Shown: positions 1 to 11,465 of the stretch, one piece after another
Layout of the letters: the number at the start of each line of letters is the position of its first letter
How positions within the stretch are numbered: the first letter of the stretch is position 1
Assembly: GCA_963845755.1 (NCBI GenBank)
Contig: CAWJTV010000041.1
Coordinates: forward strand, 640,001-704,000
DNA: 64,000 bases
Direction of reading: 5' to 3'
DNA from: an uncultured Planctomycetota bacterium
GTDB taxonomy: Bacteria > Planctomycetota > Planctomycetia > Isosphaerales > Isosphaeraceae
Notes under the pieces: model-generated
What the model was told of the DNA's origin: nothing
The model's database searches: none
Seen by the model: only the letters and a program-made list of their open reading frames with translations
Program-made: the position numbers and the translations under genes

Positions 1-2870
1 GTGCCCAGGTAGCCGTTGTTCACCATGTTGTCGGGCGCGGGGGGGATGATCGCCGTGTTGAAGCTGGGGTCGAGCCGCAGCAGCGCATTGGACGGGCCGG
101 GCTGATTGAGCCCGACGCCGTCGTTGGGCATCAGTGCCTGATAGGCGGCCACCAGCAGCTCGTAGACTCCCTCGTTGGCCGGGGTCTGGGCGTTGTAATC
201 CTGGATGAACTGGGGCCAGTTCTCCTCCAGGAAACTCTGGTTCTGACCCAGGTAGAGGCTCTGGGCCGAGATCGGCAGCCAGTTGATGGCATACGTGCCT
301 TCGGCATAGTTGGGGTCGGCGAAGAACGTGGAGCGGGTCGGGCCGTTCTGCTCGGGATTGGCAATCTGGGTCACGCTGACCGGCGTGCTGTTGAGGTTGT
401 ACTGCACGAACTCCTGGGGCCAGTTGCCGAAATTGCCCTGGGACGGGTCGGCGTTCTCGTTGAACCAGTACTCCTTCTCGGCCTCGATCTCCGTCGTATA
501 GAGGTAGATGCCGCCGTCCTGCCACTGCACGTCGCCCAGCAGCATGCCCAGTTGGGCCATCGACGAGTCGAACTGGAGGGACTCGGCGATCGACTCCATG
601 TTCTCGCCGCCCTGGCCGAGCCCGTCGGCCCAGCTATGGCCCTCGAACGCGTTGAACTCGCGGAGGAAGGGGAGGTTCGGATCGTTGCGGTTGAAGTTGG
701 CGACGTCGTTGATGAGCAGCGTGATCTGCGGTTTCAGGTCGTCGACGAACTGGGGGTCGAACTGGGCTACGGTGGCGAAGGCGTTGAGGAAGTATCCATA
801 GTGAAAGTTATGATCATTAATCGAGAAGTCGCTGCCGAAGCCCGCCGGGTAACCGATCACCGTGTCGTAGGTGGTATTGAGCTGGAAGACCCGGCCGGTC
901 GCGGCGTCGAACCAGGAATACAGGGCCGCCTCCAGGTCCTGGAGGACGCGGTTCAGCCACGATGTCGCGGTCGCGCGCTGGTCCGGCGTGAGCAGGCTGG
1001 TCGGTGCCGCGAGCTGGTCGATGATGACGAGCTGCTCGCTCAGCAGCGTCAATCCGGTCTCGTAGGTATTGTCGGTCGGGCCGATCACGGCGCTGGGGTT
1101 TTGCAAGTATGCGTTGAACCACTGGGCCGCGTCGTCGTAGAGGGCCTCGGCCTGCGCGGGGTCCGTCTGGGCCGCCACGCTCGGCAGGTAGGGCAGGATG
1201 CCCGAGTACGGCAATTGAGTGGCGAACGTGTTGGTCGGGCTGGAATAAAGCTTCGCCGTGCCGTCGATGGTCAAGTACTGGAGCGGTTCCGCGACCCCGT
1301 TGATCGGGTACGTGAGGAAGTTCGTCTGGTCGCCGGGGAGCAGGTTGTCGTACTGGGCGGGATAGAGGATCTCGTCGGTCGGCTCGGCGTCGTCGGTGGC
1401 GACGGTGTACTTGGTCGTGACCAGGCTGGTTGTCTGGTCATAGCCGAACGTGACCTGCTGACCGTCGTAGGTCTCCTGCTCGGGGGTCGGGGCGGACACC
1501 TGGGTGGCGCCGGTGTTGTTTGCGGGGAAGTTGAACGCCACCGCGCTCGAATTGGGGGAGCCGGCCGGGGGGGCGTAGAACATCTGGGCGATGCCCAACT
1601 GGTCGGCCGCCGGCAGGGCGACGAACGGCGTCTCTCCGACCATGTGCGGCAGCAGGACGACCACCATCTTGCCGTTGGCGATCCCGTTGTCCACCCAGAG
1701 TTGAAGCTGGTTTGCGGCCGCGTTGGTATAATTCGGCGCCAACTGCCACGAGCCCGTCTGGGCGATGACCAGGTAGCTGCTGATGTTCTGATGGGTGACG
1801 CCCGAATTGTCGGTCCAGACGACGGTGCTGGTCACGCCCAGGACGTTCGACGGGAGCGTCTGGCCCGCGAGATCCCGGCCCCAGATCTGGTTGGTCGCCC
1901 CCGGGCCGATCGGGGAGAGCCAGACGTCGGCCGGCGCCGGGCCCTGCTTGGTGAAATCGATGAACGGGCTGCCATTGTCGATGTTGATGGTCAGCGTGTT
2001 GGCCTCGGTACTCGGGTCGTTGGCACCCTGGGCCGTGGTGGCGTCGCCGTAGACGAGCTGGACGCCCCAGTCGGAGTACTGGTTGACGCGGACCATCAAC
2101 TGCGATTCGTCGGGGCCGTGTGCATTGACCGGGTTCCCGGTCTGCAGGGCCTGAGGGTCGATGAGCGGGGCGATCCCCGGGTCCGCCACGCCCTGTTCGA
2201 TCCGCTTGCCCGAGCCGATGCCGACGGTCAGCGGCGTCAATTGAGGGACGTAGAACGCTCGGTTGGTCGTCGCCTCGGGACCCTGCGGTCCCGGAGTGAT
2301 CCCGAACGTGTCCGGGTTGAAGATGGACAGCCCCTGGACCCAGTCGCCGGTCGCCGCATTGAACTGGTTATTCGTGAACCTCAGCACGGCCGGGTCGGAG
2401 TAGAGGAATTGATTGCTGTACTGGAAGCTCGCCCCATTGACCGTCGTGGGGTCGGTGCGGAACATCAGGTTGCTCCACCAATCGCTCGATTCGACCGCCT
2501 GGTTGAATTCGTCGCTGCCGTTGGTGGTGAACGGCACGTTGACGTCTTTCGGGGGGTCGGAGAGCCCATTCGTGCCCGGCACCTGGTAAATGCCGGAGAC
2601 GGAACCATTCGTGTTCAACGAGGGCACGATGGTGGTCGTGCCATTCTCCGTTTGCGGGGCCCAGAACATATTCAGCGGCTGGCCGGTTGTGGGATCGGTC
2701 GGCGGCGTGGGGCCCATCAGGACCGTTCCCGGATCCACGGTCAGGAGCACTCGGCCTTCCAGCCTCTCCAGTGACAACGACTGACGTTTGCGGCTTCGAC
2801 CTCGACGGCGGCTCACCGGACGGGTGAAACGGGAACGATCGTTGTGCAATCGGCTTGATGACTGGGTCAT
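1..2870 (-). CDS. Secreted GH81-family endo-beta-1,3-glucanase with planctomycete LEPR-XLL N-terminal motif (3' end runs off the window)
   Basis: Not in the ORF track because it is open at the window edge. Manual translation from ATG 2870 gives MTQSSSRLHN...RSRKRQSLSLERLEGRVLLT, and the frame still matches at position 1 (...NNGYLG). GH81 motifs: GFGSDFSINDHNFHYGYF, REFNAFEGHSWADG, ENMESIAE (ExxxE). Confidence 0.8.
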   Translation of the reverse strand, partial: MTQSSSRLHNDRSRFTRPVSRRRGRSRKRQSLSLERLEGRVLLTVDPGTVLMGPTPPTDPTTGQPLNMFWAPQTENGTTTIVPSLNTNGSVSGIYQVPGTNGLSDPPKDVNVPFTTNGSDEFNQAVESSDWWSNLMFRTDPTTVNGASFQYSNQFLYSDPAVLRFTNNQFNAATGDWVQGLSIFNPDTFGITPGPQGPEATTNRAFYVPQLTPLTVGIGSGKRIEQGVADPGIAPLIDPQALQTGNPVNAHGPDESQLMVRVNQYSDWGVQLVYGDATTAQGANDPSTEANTLTINIDNGSPFIDFTKQGPAPADVWLSPIGPGATNQIWGRDLAGQTLPSNVLGVTSTVVWTDNSGVTHQNISSYLVIAQTGSWQLAPNYTNAAANQLQLWVDNGIANGKMVVVLLPHMVGETPFVALPAADQLGIAQMFYAPPAGSPNSSAVAFNFPANNTGATQVSAPTPEQETYDGQQVTFGYDQTTSLVTTKYTVATDDAEPTDEILYPAQYDNLLPGDQTNFLTYPINGVAEPLQYLTIDGTAKLYSSPTNTFATQLPYSGILPYLPSVAAQTDPAQAEALYDDAAQWFNAYLQNPSAVIGPTDNTYETGLTLLSEQLVIIDQLAAPTSLLTPDQRATATSWLNRVLQDLEAALYSWFDAATGRVFQLNTTYDTVIGYPAGFGSDFSINDHNFHYGYFLNAFATVAQFDPQFVDDLKPQITLLINDVANFNRNDPNLPFLREFNAFEGHSWADGLGQGGENMESIAESLQFDSSMAQLGMLLGDVQWQDGGIYLYTTEIEAEKEYWFNENADPSQGNFGNWPQEFVQYNLNSTPVSVTQIANPEQNGPTRSTFFADPNYAEGTYAINWLPISAQSLYLGQNQSFLEENWPQFIQDYNAQTPANEGVYELLVAAYQALMPNDGVGLNQPGPSNALLRLDPSFNTAIIPPAPDNMVNNGYLG

Positions 2871-3485
2871 GGAAGGGGCTTTCCCAAAGAGGAGGCCGGG
2901 GAAGGGGCAGCACGGTCCGGTCGCAAGGACCTTCAACGTATCGAGTTGTCGGCAGTTCCGACGAACCCGGAAACACCAGCCGGACCGCACCAACGGGGAC
3001 TGGCGACCCGGACGCGGACGGCGAATGTCCCGCACCGGCTTCGAGCACGGGTCGATCTCGGTCGGATTGGCAGCGGCGCGACACGAATCCCCCGGGTCAC
3101 ACGCCATGGCTGGGTGGAATCGACGTTGTTCGGGATCGTGTGCCTTTGCGTCGCTCGGAAAGTTCAGTATCCTCTACCATTGAGTACGGTTCCGGGAGGC
3201 GTCATCTCAATCTGAGGCTGTAAGAAAAAACGGATTCGTCGGGTGGGCGGAGTTAGACTCGGCTCGGTGCAGCCCAGTCGGCGACCGGACTGGATCGTTC
3301 CGTGGGTCGGCTGCGCCGGCCTCCACGAAGAGGCTTTGAACGGTCGATTCCCCATCATGAGCTGCCGATGGGAAATGACCGTAACTTTCGTCCGAACAGG
3401 GCATTACGTTCATTGAATCTTGAATTTGGAATCCTCCATCCTTTCAGAGGCTCTCACCCTACAGGCTTGAACCGGATCTCCTCCG

Positions 3486-4154
3486 ATGGCGAAGGCGAAA
3501 GGCACCGAGACGAGCACGACCTTGCTGGGCCGGCTGGCGCTCTTCCCGCTCGATCAGGCGGCCTGGGAGGAGTTTGTGGAGCGGTACGGGCCCCTGGTGG
3601 TCAACTGGTGCCGGCGGTGGGGCGCCCAGGAGGCGGATGCCCTGGACGTCACCCAGGTCGTGCTGGCCAAGCTGGCGGTGCAGATGCGACGATTCGCCTA
3701 CGACTCGTCGCGGAGCTTCCGGACCTGGCTGCACACCGTCGCGCTGAATGCCTGGCGCGATAGCCGGGATGCGCGGCGGCCGGACGCCGGCAGCGGCCAT
3801 TCCGAGACGCTCGACTTCCTGCACAACCTGGAAGCGCGCGACGACCTGGTGCGTCGGCTGGAGCAGCAGTACGACCTGGAGCTGCTGGACGAGGCAGGCC
3901 GTCGGGTGCGCGGGCGGGTGCAACCGCGGACCTGGGATGCTTATGAGCTGACGGCCGTTCAGGGCGTCTCCGGCGCCGAGGCCGCGGCGCGGCTGGGCAT
4001 CAGCGTGGGCTCGGTCTTCATGGCCAAGGCGAACGTGTTGCGGATGCTCCGCGAAGAGATCCAGGCCGTGGACGAGCGAATCGATCCCGGCGAGGCCGCC
4101 GGAGGGCCGAACGCGCCGCCCACGCCCCCGCCGATTGAGGATCGACCGGGATGA
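3486..4154 (+). CDS. ECF (sigma-70 family) RNA polymerase sigma factor, kinase-associated planctomycete type
   Basis: [42 protein letters not shown] and a region 4 HTH ([17 protein letters not shown]). Its stop overlaps the kinase ATG (ATGA 4151-4154). Confidence 0.9.
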   Translation: MAKAKGTETSTTLLGRLALFPLDQAAWEEFVERYGPLVVNWCRRWGAQEADALDVTQVVLAKLAVQMRRFAYDSSRSFRTWLHTVALNAWRDSRDARRPDAGSGHSETLDFLHNLEARDDLVRRLEQQYDLELLDEAGRRVRGRVQPRTWDAYELTAVQGVSGAEAAARLGISVGSVFMAKANVLRMLREEIQAVDERIDPGEAAGGPNAPPTPPPIEDRPG

Positions 4155-7100
4155 GCGCGTGCCCGTCCGCCGAGGTGCTGGAACAGTTCGTCAACGGCCG
4201 GCTCGGCGGCGCGGAGAGTACCTCGGTCGAGGCTCACGTCGGTATCTGCCCGGCGTGCCAGCGAATCCTCGAGGACCTCACCCCCGCGCTGGGCAGCTCG
4301 ACGAGGCCGGAGGAGCCGGGAGGATCGGCCTTCGATGCCTCGGCCCTCGACCGCCTCAAGGCCCATCGGCCGTTGATCGTCCACGAGCAGCCGGCCGGGC
4401 CGCCCGGCGCACCTTCGATCCCGCTCCGCCCGTCTCACGCGGGCGGCGACCCGGGATCCAGCCGGGCTTCCGGCCGCGATGCGGCCACGCCGCCGCCCCC
4501 GACCGCGCCCCTGGCGATCGCCGGTTTCGAGATCGTGCGCGAGGTGGGCCGGGGCGGCATGGGGATCGTCTACGAGGCGATCGAGCTGGCACTGGGCCGC
4601 CGCGTGGCTTTGAAAGTCCTGCCGCCGCTGTCGGCGGGACCGACGGCCGCCGCCCGATTCCGTCGCGAGGCGCGCCGCCGCCGGTCGGCTGCACCACACC
4701 AACATCGTGCCGATCTTCGGGGTGGGCTCCGACGACGGCCTGTTGTATTACGCGATGCAGTTCATCGAGGGCGAAGGTCTCGACCGGCTCATCGACCGGC
4801 TCCGACGGGACCGGACGCTCCTGGCCCGATCAGGGCTCAGGTCCGGGCTCGACCGGACGCGGGCCGAGCCGATGGAACCAGATCGCGCCCCGGACAGCCC
4901 CGCGACGCCCCCCACGCCCGCCGAGAGCGGCCCCCTCGCCCCGTCCTCCGGTGCCGCGAGTCTCGTCCATGCCCGACACGTCGCCCGCATCGGCCTCCAG
5001 GTCGCCGATGCCCTCGACTATGCCCACCAGAGCGGCTTCCTTCATCGCGACATCAAGCCGTCGAACATCTTGCTCGATCAGGCCGGCACGGCCTGGGTCG
5101 CCGACTTCGGCCTGGCCAAGAGCGCCGAACTCGAGGAAGACCTGACCCACACCGGAGACATCATCGGCACGCTCCGCTACATGCCTCCGGAGCGGTTCGA
5201 CGGCCACTCCGACGCCCGCGGCGATGTCTATGCCCTCGGCGCGACCCTCTACGAGTTGTTGACGCTTCGACCGGTCTTCGACGACCCCGACCGCACCCGG
5301 CTGATCGAGCGCGTGCTGGAGTCCGAGCCGATCCCGCCGCGTCAGCTCGACCGCCGCGTGCCCCGCGACCTCGAGACGATCGTGCTCAAGGCGATGGCCA
5401 AGAGCCCGTCGGCGCGGTATGCCACGGCCGGCCTCCTGGCCGAGGACCTGCGGCGATTCCTCGAAGGCCGGCCGATCACGGCGCGCCGGGTAGGGATGCG
5501 AGAGCGCGCCGTCCGCTGGGCGCGGCGGCGGCCCCTGGCGGCGGCGCTCAGTGCGATCGTGACGCTGCTGCTGGCCTCACTGCTGGGCCTGGGCGCCTGG
5601 TCCTACGTGCGAATCAGCCGCACCCTGGGCATCGAGGCCAGGACCCGTCGGGAGATGGAACGACTCTCGGCCGATCTCGTCCTGGACCGGGGCATTGCCC
5701 TCGCCGAAGACCGGCAAATCGGCCCGGGCCTGCTCTGGATGCTCCGGAGCCTGGACCTGGCACCGTCCGGTGCCCTGGGCCTGAGGCGGGCGGCCCATGG
5801 CAACCTCGCGGCCTGGCTCGACCAGACGATCGTCCCGCGGCTCATCATCCCCACCGGCAACCCGATCGAGTGCTTCGCCCTGAGTCCCGACGGTCGGACG
5901 GCCGTGACGGGTCATTCCGACGGCCGTCTGCGGACCTGGGACCTGACGTCCGGCCAGCCGTTGGGCTCCGTGATGGCGCACCGGGGCAACGTGCTCGCCG
6001 TGACGTACCGGCCCGGCGGCGCCGTCATCGCCTCCAGCGGGCTCCACACCGACTCGACCGCACGGCTCTGGGATGCTGCCTCCTTGCGACCGATTGGCGA
6101 GCCGATGCGGCATCCCGCCGGCTCGCAGGTCTTCCACGTGTTCCGGCCCGACGGTCAGGTCCTGGTGACGTACAGTCCCGACGACGGGACCGTGCGCGCC
6201 TGGGACGCGACGAGCGGACGGTCGATGGCCCCGCCCATCTTCCACATGCGCGTCGTCCACGCCACGTTCAGCCCCGACGGCACGCGGCTGGCGACGACGA
6301 GCATCGAGCGCGAGGCCCGGCTCTGGGACCTCGCCAACGGCCGCCCGCTCGGCAAGCCGATGAGGCATCAGAGCGCCGTCTGGGACGCGGCGTTCAGCCC
6401 CGACGGTCGTCGAACTCGCGACCGTCAACGGCGATTTCCAGGAGCGGAGCCGCGACTCGAAGGTGGACGGACATGTGCGGGTCTGGGATGTAAACACCGG
6501 CCGGCCACTCGCCACGGGGCCGGCCGTCCGGCCTGGTCTCTGCACCGTCGCCTTCCACTCCGACGGCCGTCGGATCGTCGCCGGGGGCTTCAACGGCTTC
6601 GCCCACCTCTTCGAAGCCGAGACCGCCCAGCCTATCGGCGTGACGATGACTCATGCGGAATGGATTCGATTCATCGTTTTCAGCCCCGACGCCCGGATCG
6701 CCCTGACCGGCAGCGACGACGGCATCGCCCGGCTCTTCGACGCCGAGACGGGCCAGGCGCTCGGCTCGATCATGGAGCACGGCCAGGAGGTGGTCGGCGC
6801 CCAGTTCGGCCCCGACGGCAAGACGATCATCACGGCCAGCCGCGACGGCTCGCTTCGGGTCTGGGACGGCCACGGCGTCGCCCCGACCGGCCGTCCCCTG
6901 GCCCGGCTCTCCGGCGTCCAGACCGTCGAGTTCAGCCCCGACGGCCGGCTCGTGGCGACCGCCAGCTTCGACGGCACGGTCCGGCTCTTCGACGTCGCCA
7001 ACGGCCAGCCCATCGGCCCGCCGTTGTTCCACGCGGGCCGCGTGCGCAGGCGCGGTTCCGGCCGGACGGCAAGGTCCTCGCCACCGGCGGCGACGATCGC

Positions 7101-9101
7101 GCCATTCGTCTCTGGGACGTCGCCACCGGCCGCCCCATCGGCGCCCCCCTGCTCCACGGCCACTGGGTCGTCAACCTCCGGTTCAGCCCGGACGGGAGGC
7201 GCCTCCTGGCCGGTCGTGTGGAAGGCGAGGCCATGCTCTGGGACCTGTCCGTCTCACCGCCGCGCGGCATCGCGCTGGAACACCCCAGCCGGATCCCTGG
7301 CCACGAAGTCTGGAACGTGTTGTTCACCCGGGACGGCCGAACGGCGATCACGGCCTCGACCGACGGCAGCCTACGATTCTGGGAAGCGGCGACCGGCCGG
7401 CTCGACGGTTCCCTCGAGTTCGCGGGCCACACCCGGCAGTTCCTCCTCAATGGGACCGGACGGTCCTTGCTGCTCCTGAGCGGCGGCCAGGTGCACACCG
7501 TGGATTGTGAGAGCCATCGTGAGAGGACCTCGCCCTTCGGCGACCGCATCCTGGCCATTGCGCTGAGCCCCGACGGCAAGACGTTGCTGTCCGGAGGGTC
7601 GGACAAGGCCGCCCGACTCTGGGACCTCGAGACCGGCCGGCCGATCGGGTCGACGATGCGACACGACGGGGTGGTCGTGGGCGTGGCCTTCAGCCCGGAT
7701 GGATCGACCGCCGCGACCGTGACCGGGGCCGGCCGGGTCCGGTTCTGGGACGCCGCCATCGGCAAGCCGATCGGTCCCTACCTGGAACATGGCAACTGGG
7801 TCACGCGGTACGGCAGCCGATGACCGGCAGCCCCTGGCCTTCTTCCCCGACGGCCACGCCCTGATCACCGCCGGCAACGCCGTCGTCGTGTGGCCCGTCC
7901 CGGCTGTGAACCGCGCCGATCGCGCGGATCGCATCGCGCGGATTCCCAGCCTGGTCGGCCTCCGGTACGACGAACAGGGAGAGTTGCAGCGACTCAGCCC
8001 TGGGGAATGGGCGCGGGCGATCGGCGATCGGCTCGCCGGGGCGGCGGTGCCGCCCGACGCGCTCGACTGGCACGATCGGACCGCCGCCCATTGCGAGAAC
8101 TTCGGGCCGGCCTGGGCGGCGTTGTGGCACCTCGATCGTCTGATCGCCGCCCGATCCAACCAGTGGTCCCTGTTCGCACGCCGCGCCCGCATCTATCGGC
8201 AACTCGGCGACCCGGCGCACGCCGAAGCTGACGAGGCGCGCGCCGCGCGCTGGGACCGCCGGACGAGGTTCGCGCCTGGCAGACTCACGAGGCCAACGAC
8301 CTCGCCGCCGCGGCCGAGTCCGCACATCGATGGGCCGAGGCCCGCACGCGGCTCGACGGCCTGATCGACTCCCTCGGGCCCGTCGCCGGCCTGTCCATGC
8401 GACGCGCCGAGGCGCACGCCAGCCTCGGCCACTGGGCCGAGGCCGCCGACGACATGGAAACGGCGTTCCGCTCCGGTTTCGCCTTCTCCGAACCGACCGA
8501 CGCCGCCTTCCGTCGCCGCCTGGCGACCTACGACCCTCATCCGGATCGCCACGATCTCGAATCCCTCGTCATTTATCGCCTGGCGTCCGGAGCGCGGCAG
8601 GGCTATCGCGCCATCGGCTCGATGCTCCGGAGTTGGACCTCACGCGATGCGCGCCCGGGTATCGCGATCCTGGTCGTCTATCTCCTGACGATGGGCCCGG
8701 ATGGCTCGGCCGACCCCGGCGACACCGTGCGCCTGGCCGAATCCGCGATCGCCGCGCTGTCCCCCGAGGAAGCGCTGGGGGCTCAACGTTACCTGGGTGC
8801 GGCGCTGTACCGTGCCGGCCGTTATGCGGAGGCCGTCTCCCATCTGGAATCCGGCCGCAACGGCAGGGACGGGACGGAGGCCCCTGGAACTGGGCCTTCC
8901 TGGCGATGGCACACACTCGACTCGGCCACGACGCCGAGTCCCGCCGATGGCTCGAGCACTTCCCCCCCCGGCCCGATATCGGCCGAGGGACCGACTCGCT
9001 CCCGTCCGTCGATGACCTCGAGATCGACCTGCTCCGCCGCGAGGCCGAGGCGGTGGTCGCTGCTCGATCCGCGATTCCCCGCCGAACCGTTCGGGCCCTG
9101 A
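4151..9101 (+). CDS. Ser/Thr protein kinase with N-terminal zf-HC2-like motif, TM helix, WD40 repeats and C-terminal TPR region (about 7 frameshifts)
   Basis: [50 protein letters not shown]. Many FSPDG...RLWD repeats in ORFs 4707-7823 and 6463-7479. TPR-like end ...[23 protein letters not shown]. Frame changes near 4680, 6410, 7050, 7810, 8260, 8875 and 9058. Confidence 0.85.
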
Positions 9102-9137
9102 TGTGACCCCGGGGACGGCAAGGATCCCCCGGGCCGA

Positions 9138-11405
9138 TCAGGCCATCGCCACGGCCAGGTCGTCGATGTGCGCGGCACACGCCGCGTCGCGGGCAGGCGG
9201 TCCTTCGTCGATCGGCAGTTTGGCGAACAGATCGGCGAGCGCGGTCTTATAGTTCTTCCATCGCCCGACCGATCGGCGATAGATCGGCTGGCGGACCTGG
9301 GTGACGCTGGCAGTCCTGACCGGTCGCTGGGTGCGGTGAAACTCCAGGCAGGCCGGCTCCCACTCGAGGCCGCACGCCGCGATCAGCCGCGCGCCGATCC
9401 CCTCCAGGTCGGCCACGGTTTCCTCGTAGTCCACCTCGTGGATCGGCACCGGCAGCACGCTCTGCCAGTGGCCCATCAGCCGGCGGTATAGCCGGAACTG
9501 ATCGGCGATGTGATCGGGATTGTTGGCCCAATGGATCATGCTGAAATGAGTCATCCAGCAGGAGACGGCCACGTCGCGGAGGTCGCGTCGGCAATGAATG
9601 AATGTCGCCCATGGGAACAGCGTCGCAAGGAGACCCAGATGTGTATAATTGCCAGGCATCTTATCCACGATTCGCTCAACTCGCCCCTTATCACGGGCCG
9701 ACAACCACTCCAGGTGCTGGACGGCCAATCGAAGGATGACCGCTTCGTCCAGGTGGGCGACACACTCCAAGGGCGGCCCAGGCCGGCCTACCATGGCGGG
9801 AAGCGATTCGAACGATCTCTGTGCTAGTCCCAGCTCGCCGGCACCATGGATGAGGGAGTGGCTTGCCAGCACCTGTTCAATGAGCGTGGTGCCCGAGCGC
9901 GGCAGACCGAAAACGAAGACTGGTCGGCGCGAGTCCGACCCGAAGCCCGCTATTCTGGTGAAGAAGTCGGTACCAAAGACTTCGAGTAGTCGGTCTGCGA
10001 CGGAACCGCTGTCAACTGGCGCGCACCAGCAATCGCCCCATGTCTTCCTCGACGACAAGGCATTAGCCTCACGCAAGCACTCGGCCGCACGATCGTATTC
10101 GCCCCGCCCATCAAGCACGTGAGCCAGTCCGAACAGGAGTCTTGCTCGTGGCCTCCCGCCGAGTTGGAGATCAGCCAGCCTCGCCTCCAGCGCGGCAAGG
10201 TCCTCGTCGGGCAGCCGGCCACGGAGCAGGGTCGCGAGCCGAGCGTGCGCGGCGGGAAACATGGGCTGGATCGCCATCGATTTGCGGAACGCGGCCTCGG
10301 CCTCATCCAGGTTTCCACGAATCTCATGGAGTCCACCGAGCTGAACCTGAACCGAGGGCGAATCCGGTTGGAGGCGTAGAGCAACATGGTAATGTGTCTC
10401 GGCCTCGTCCACGCGCCCATCTCCCTCTTTCGCCCTCCCGAGTGAGAGATGGAGGCCCGCACGATCGTCTCCCGCCAGACTCAGAGCGTGCTCGAGACAG
10501 GCGATCGCCTGGGTGGGCTCCCCCAGTTCCTCGAACAGGTCGCCGAGGGATCCCTGGAAGCTCCCGTTATTCGGGTCTAACTCGACGGCCTGCTTGAGCC
10601 ATGGCAGAGCCTCATGGGGTCGATCTTCTCGGAGCAACGTCCATCCGATGTGGGCGTGGGCGGGGGCCAAGTCGGGGTCGAGGCGTAAGGCGTCGAGGTA
10701 GGCGGCTCGGGCCTCGACGTCTCGATTGAGTGCCCGCAAGGCATTGCCGAGATTGTGATGCACGATGGGAAGATCGGGCTGGAGTCGCACGGCCTCCTCA
10801 CAATGCGGCAGGGCCTCCTCCGCGCGACCTCGCTCCATAAGCATCTGGCCGAGATTGGTTAGAGCGGGAGCAAAAGCCGGGTTGAGCTCGACGGCGCGGC
10901 GGAAGTGCCCCAGAGCCTCATCGCGTTGGCCAAGCTCGCGAAGGGCGATGCCGAGGTTATTGTGGACGGGCGCCAGATCCTCCCGCAGCTCCAGAGCCCG
11001 CCGGAACTGGGAGACAGCCTCCTCATACCGCCCCATTTGTTGGAATGACAGGCCAAGGTTGCAGAGCGCCTCCGGACAATCTGGCCACAACTTGAGGGCC
11101 AGTCGGCAGGAACCGACCGCAAGCTCCAATTGTCCAAGCCCGCGATACGCCTCGGCCAGATTGGCGTGGTATGCGGGGACGCTGGGACACAACGCCAGCG
11201 CCCGACCGATCAGTTCAACGGCCCTGGCGTCGTCGCCACGCTGATGATTGAGAATGCCGAACCAGTGGAGCGCGGAGCCGTTCTTCTCATCCAGGGCCAA
11301 GCTCCTTTCGTACAAGGCCGCAGCTTCTGCGAAATCCCCAGCTTGGTGTTTGTCGACGGCGCTCGCCAGAATGTCCTGCGCGCTAGGAGAATTCAGGGTT
11401 GCCAT
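9138..11405 (-). CDS. TPR-repeat sulfotransferase (Sulfotransfer_3 type)
   Basis: About 11 TPRs followed by 5'-PSB GLPRSGTT, DKMPGN, RRDLRDVAVSC and VRTASVTQVRQPIY. ATG 11405 follows GGAGG; alternative GTG start at 11456. Confidence 0.9.
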   Translation of the reverse strand: MATLNSPSAQDILASAVDKHQAGDFAEAAALYERSLALDEKNGSALHWFGILNHQRGDDARAVELIGRALALCPSVPAYHANLAEAYRGLGQLELAVGSCRLALKLWPDCPEALCNLGLSFQQMGRYEEAVSQFRRALELREDLAPVHNNLGIALRELGQRDEALGHFRRAVELNPAFAPALTNLGQMLMERGRAEEALPHCEEAVRLQPDLPIVHHNLGNALRALNRDVEARAAYLDALRLDPDLAPAHAHIGWTLLREDRPHEALPWLKQAVELDPNNGSFQGSLGDLFEELGEPTQAIACLEHALSLAGDDRAGLHLSLGRAKEGDGRVDEAETHYHVALRLQPDSPSVQVQLGGLHEIRGNLDEAEAAFRKSMAIQPMFPAAHARLATLLRGRLPDEDLAALEARLADLQLGGRPRARLLFGLAHVLDGRGEYDRAAECLREANALSSRKTWGDCWCAPVDSGSVADRLLEVFGTDFFTRIAGFGSDSRRPVFVFGLPRSGTTLIEQVLASHSLIHGAGELGLAQRSFESLPAMVGRPGPPLECVAHLDEAVILRLAVQHLEWLSARDKGRVERIVDKMPGNYTHLGLLATLFPWATFIHCRRDLRDVAVSCWMTHFSMIHWANNPDHIADQFRLYRRLMGHWQSVLPVPIHEVDYEETVADLEGIGARLIAACGLEWEPACLEFHRTQRPVRTASVTQVRQPIYRRSVGRWKNYKTALADLFAKLPIDEGPPARDAACAAHIDDLAVAMA

Positions 11406-11465
11406 GAGCGCCACCACCTCCAGAAACTCGCGAACTCGATTGGCGGAAGTGAACACTGCCGTGAT

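Noticed and set aside
552..2774. 740-aa plus-strand ORF
   Set aside because: Antisense shadow of the minus-strand GH81 gene; R/V/G-rich with no motifs.
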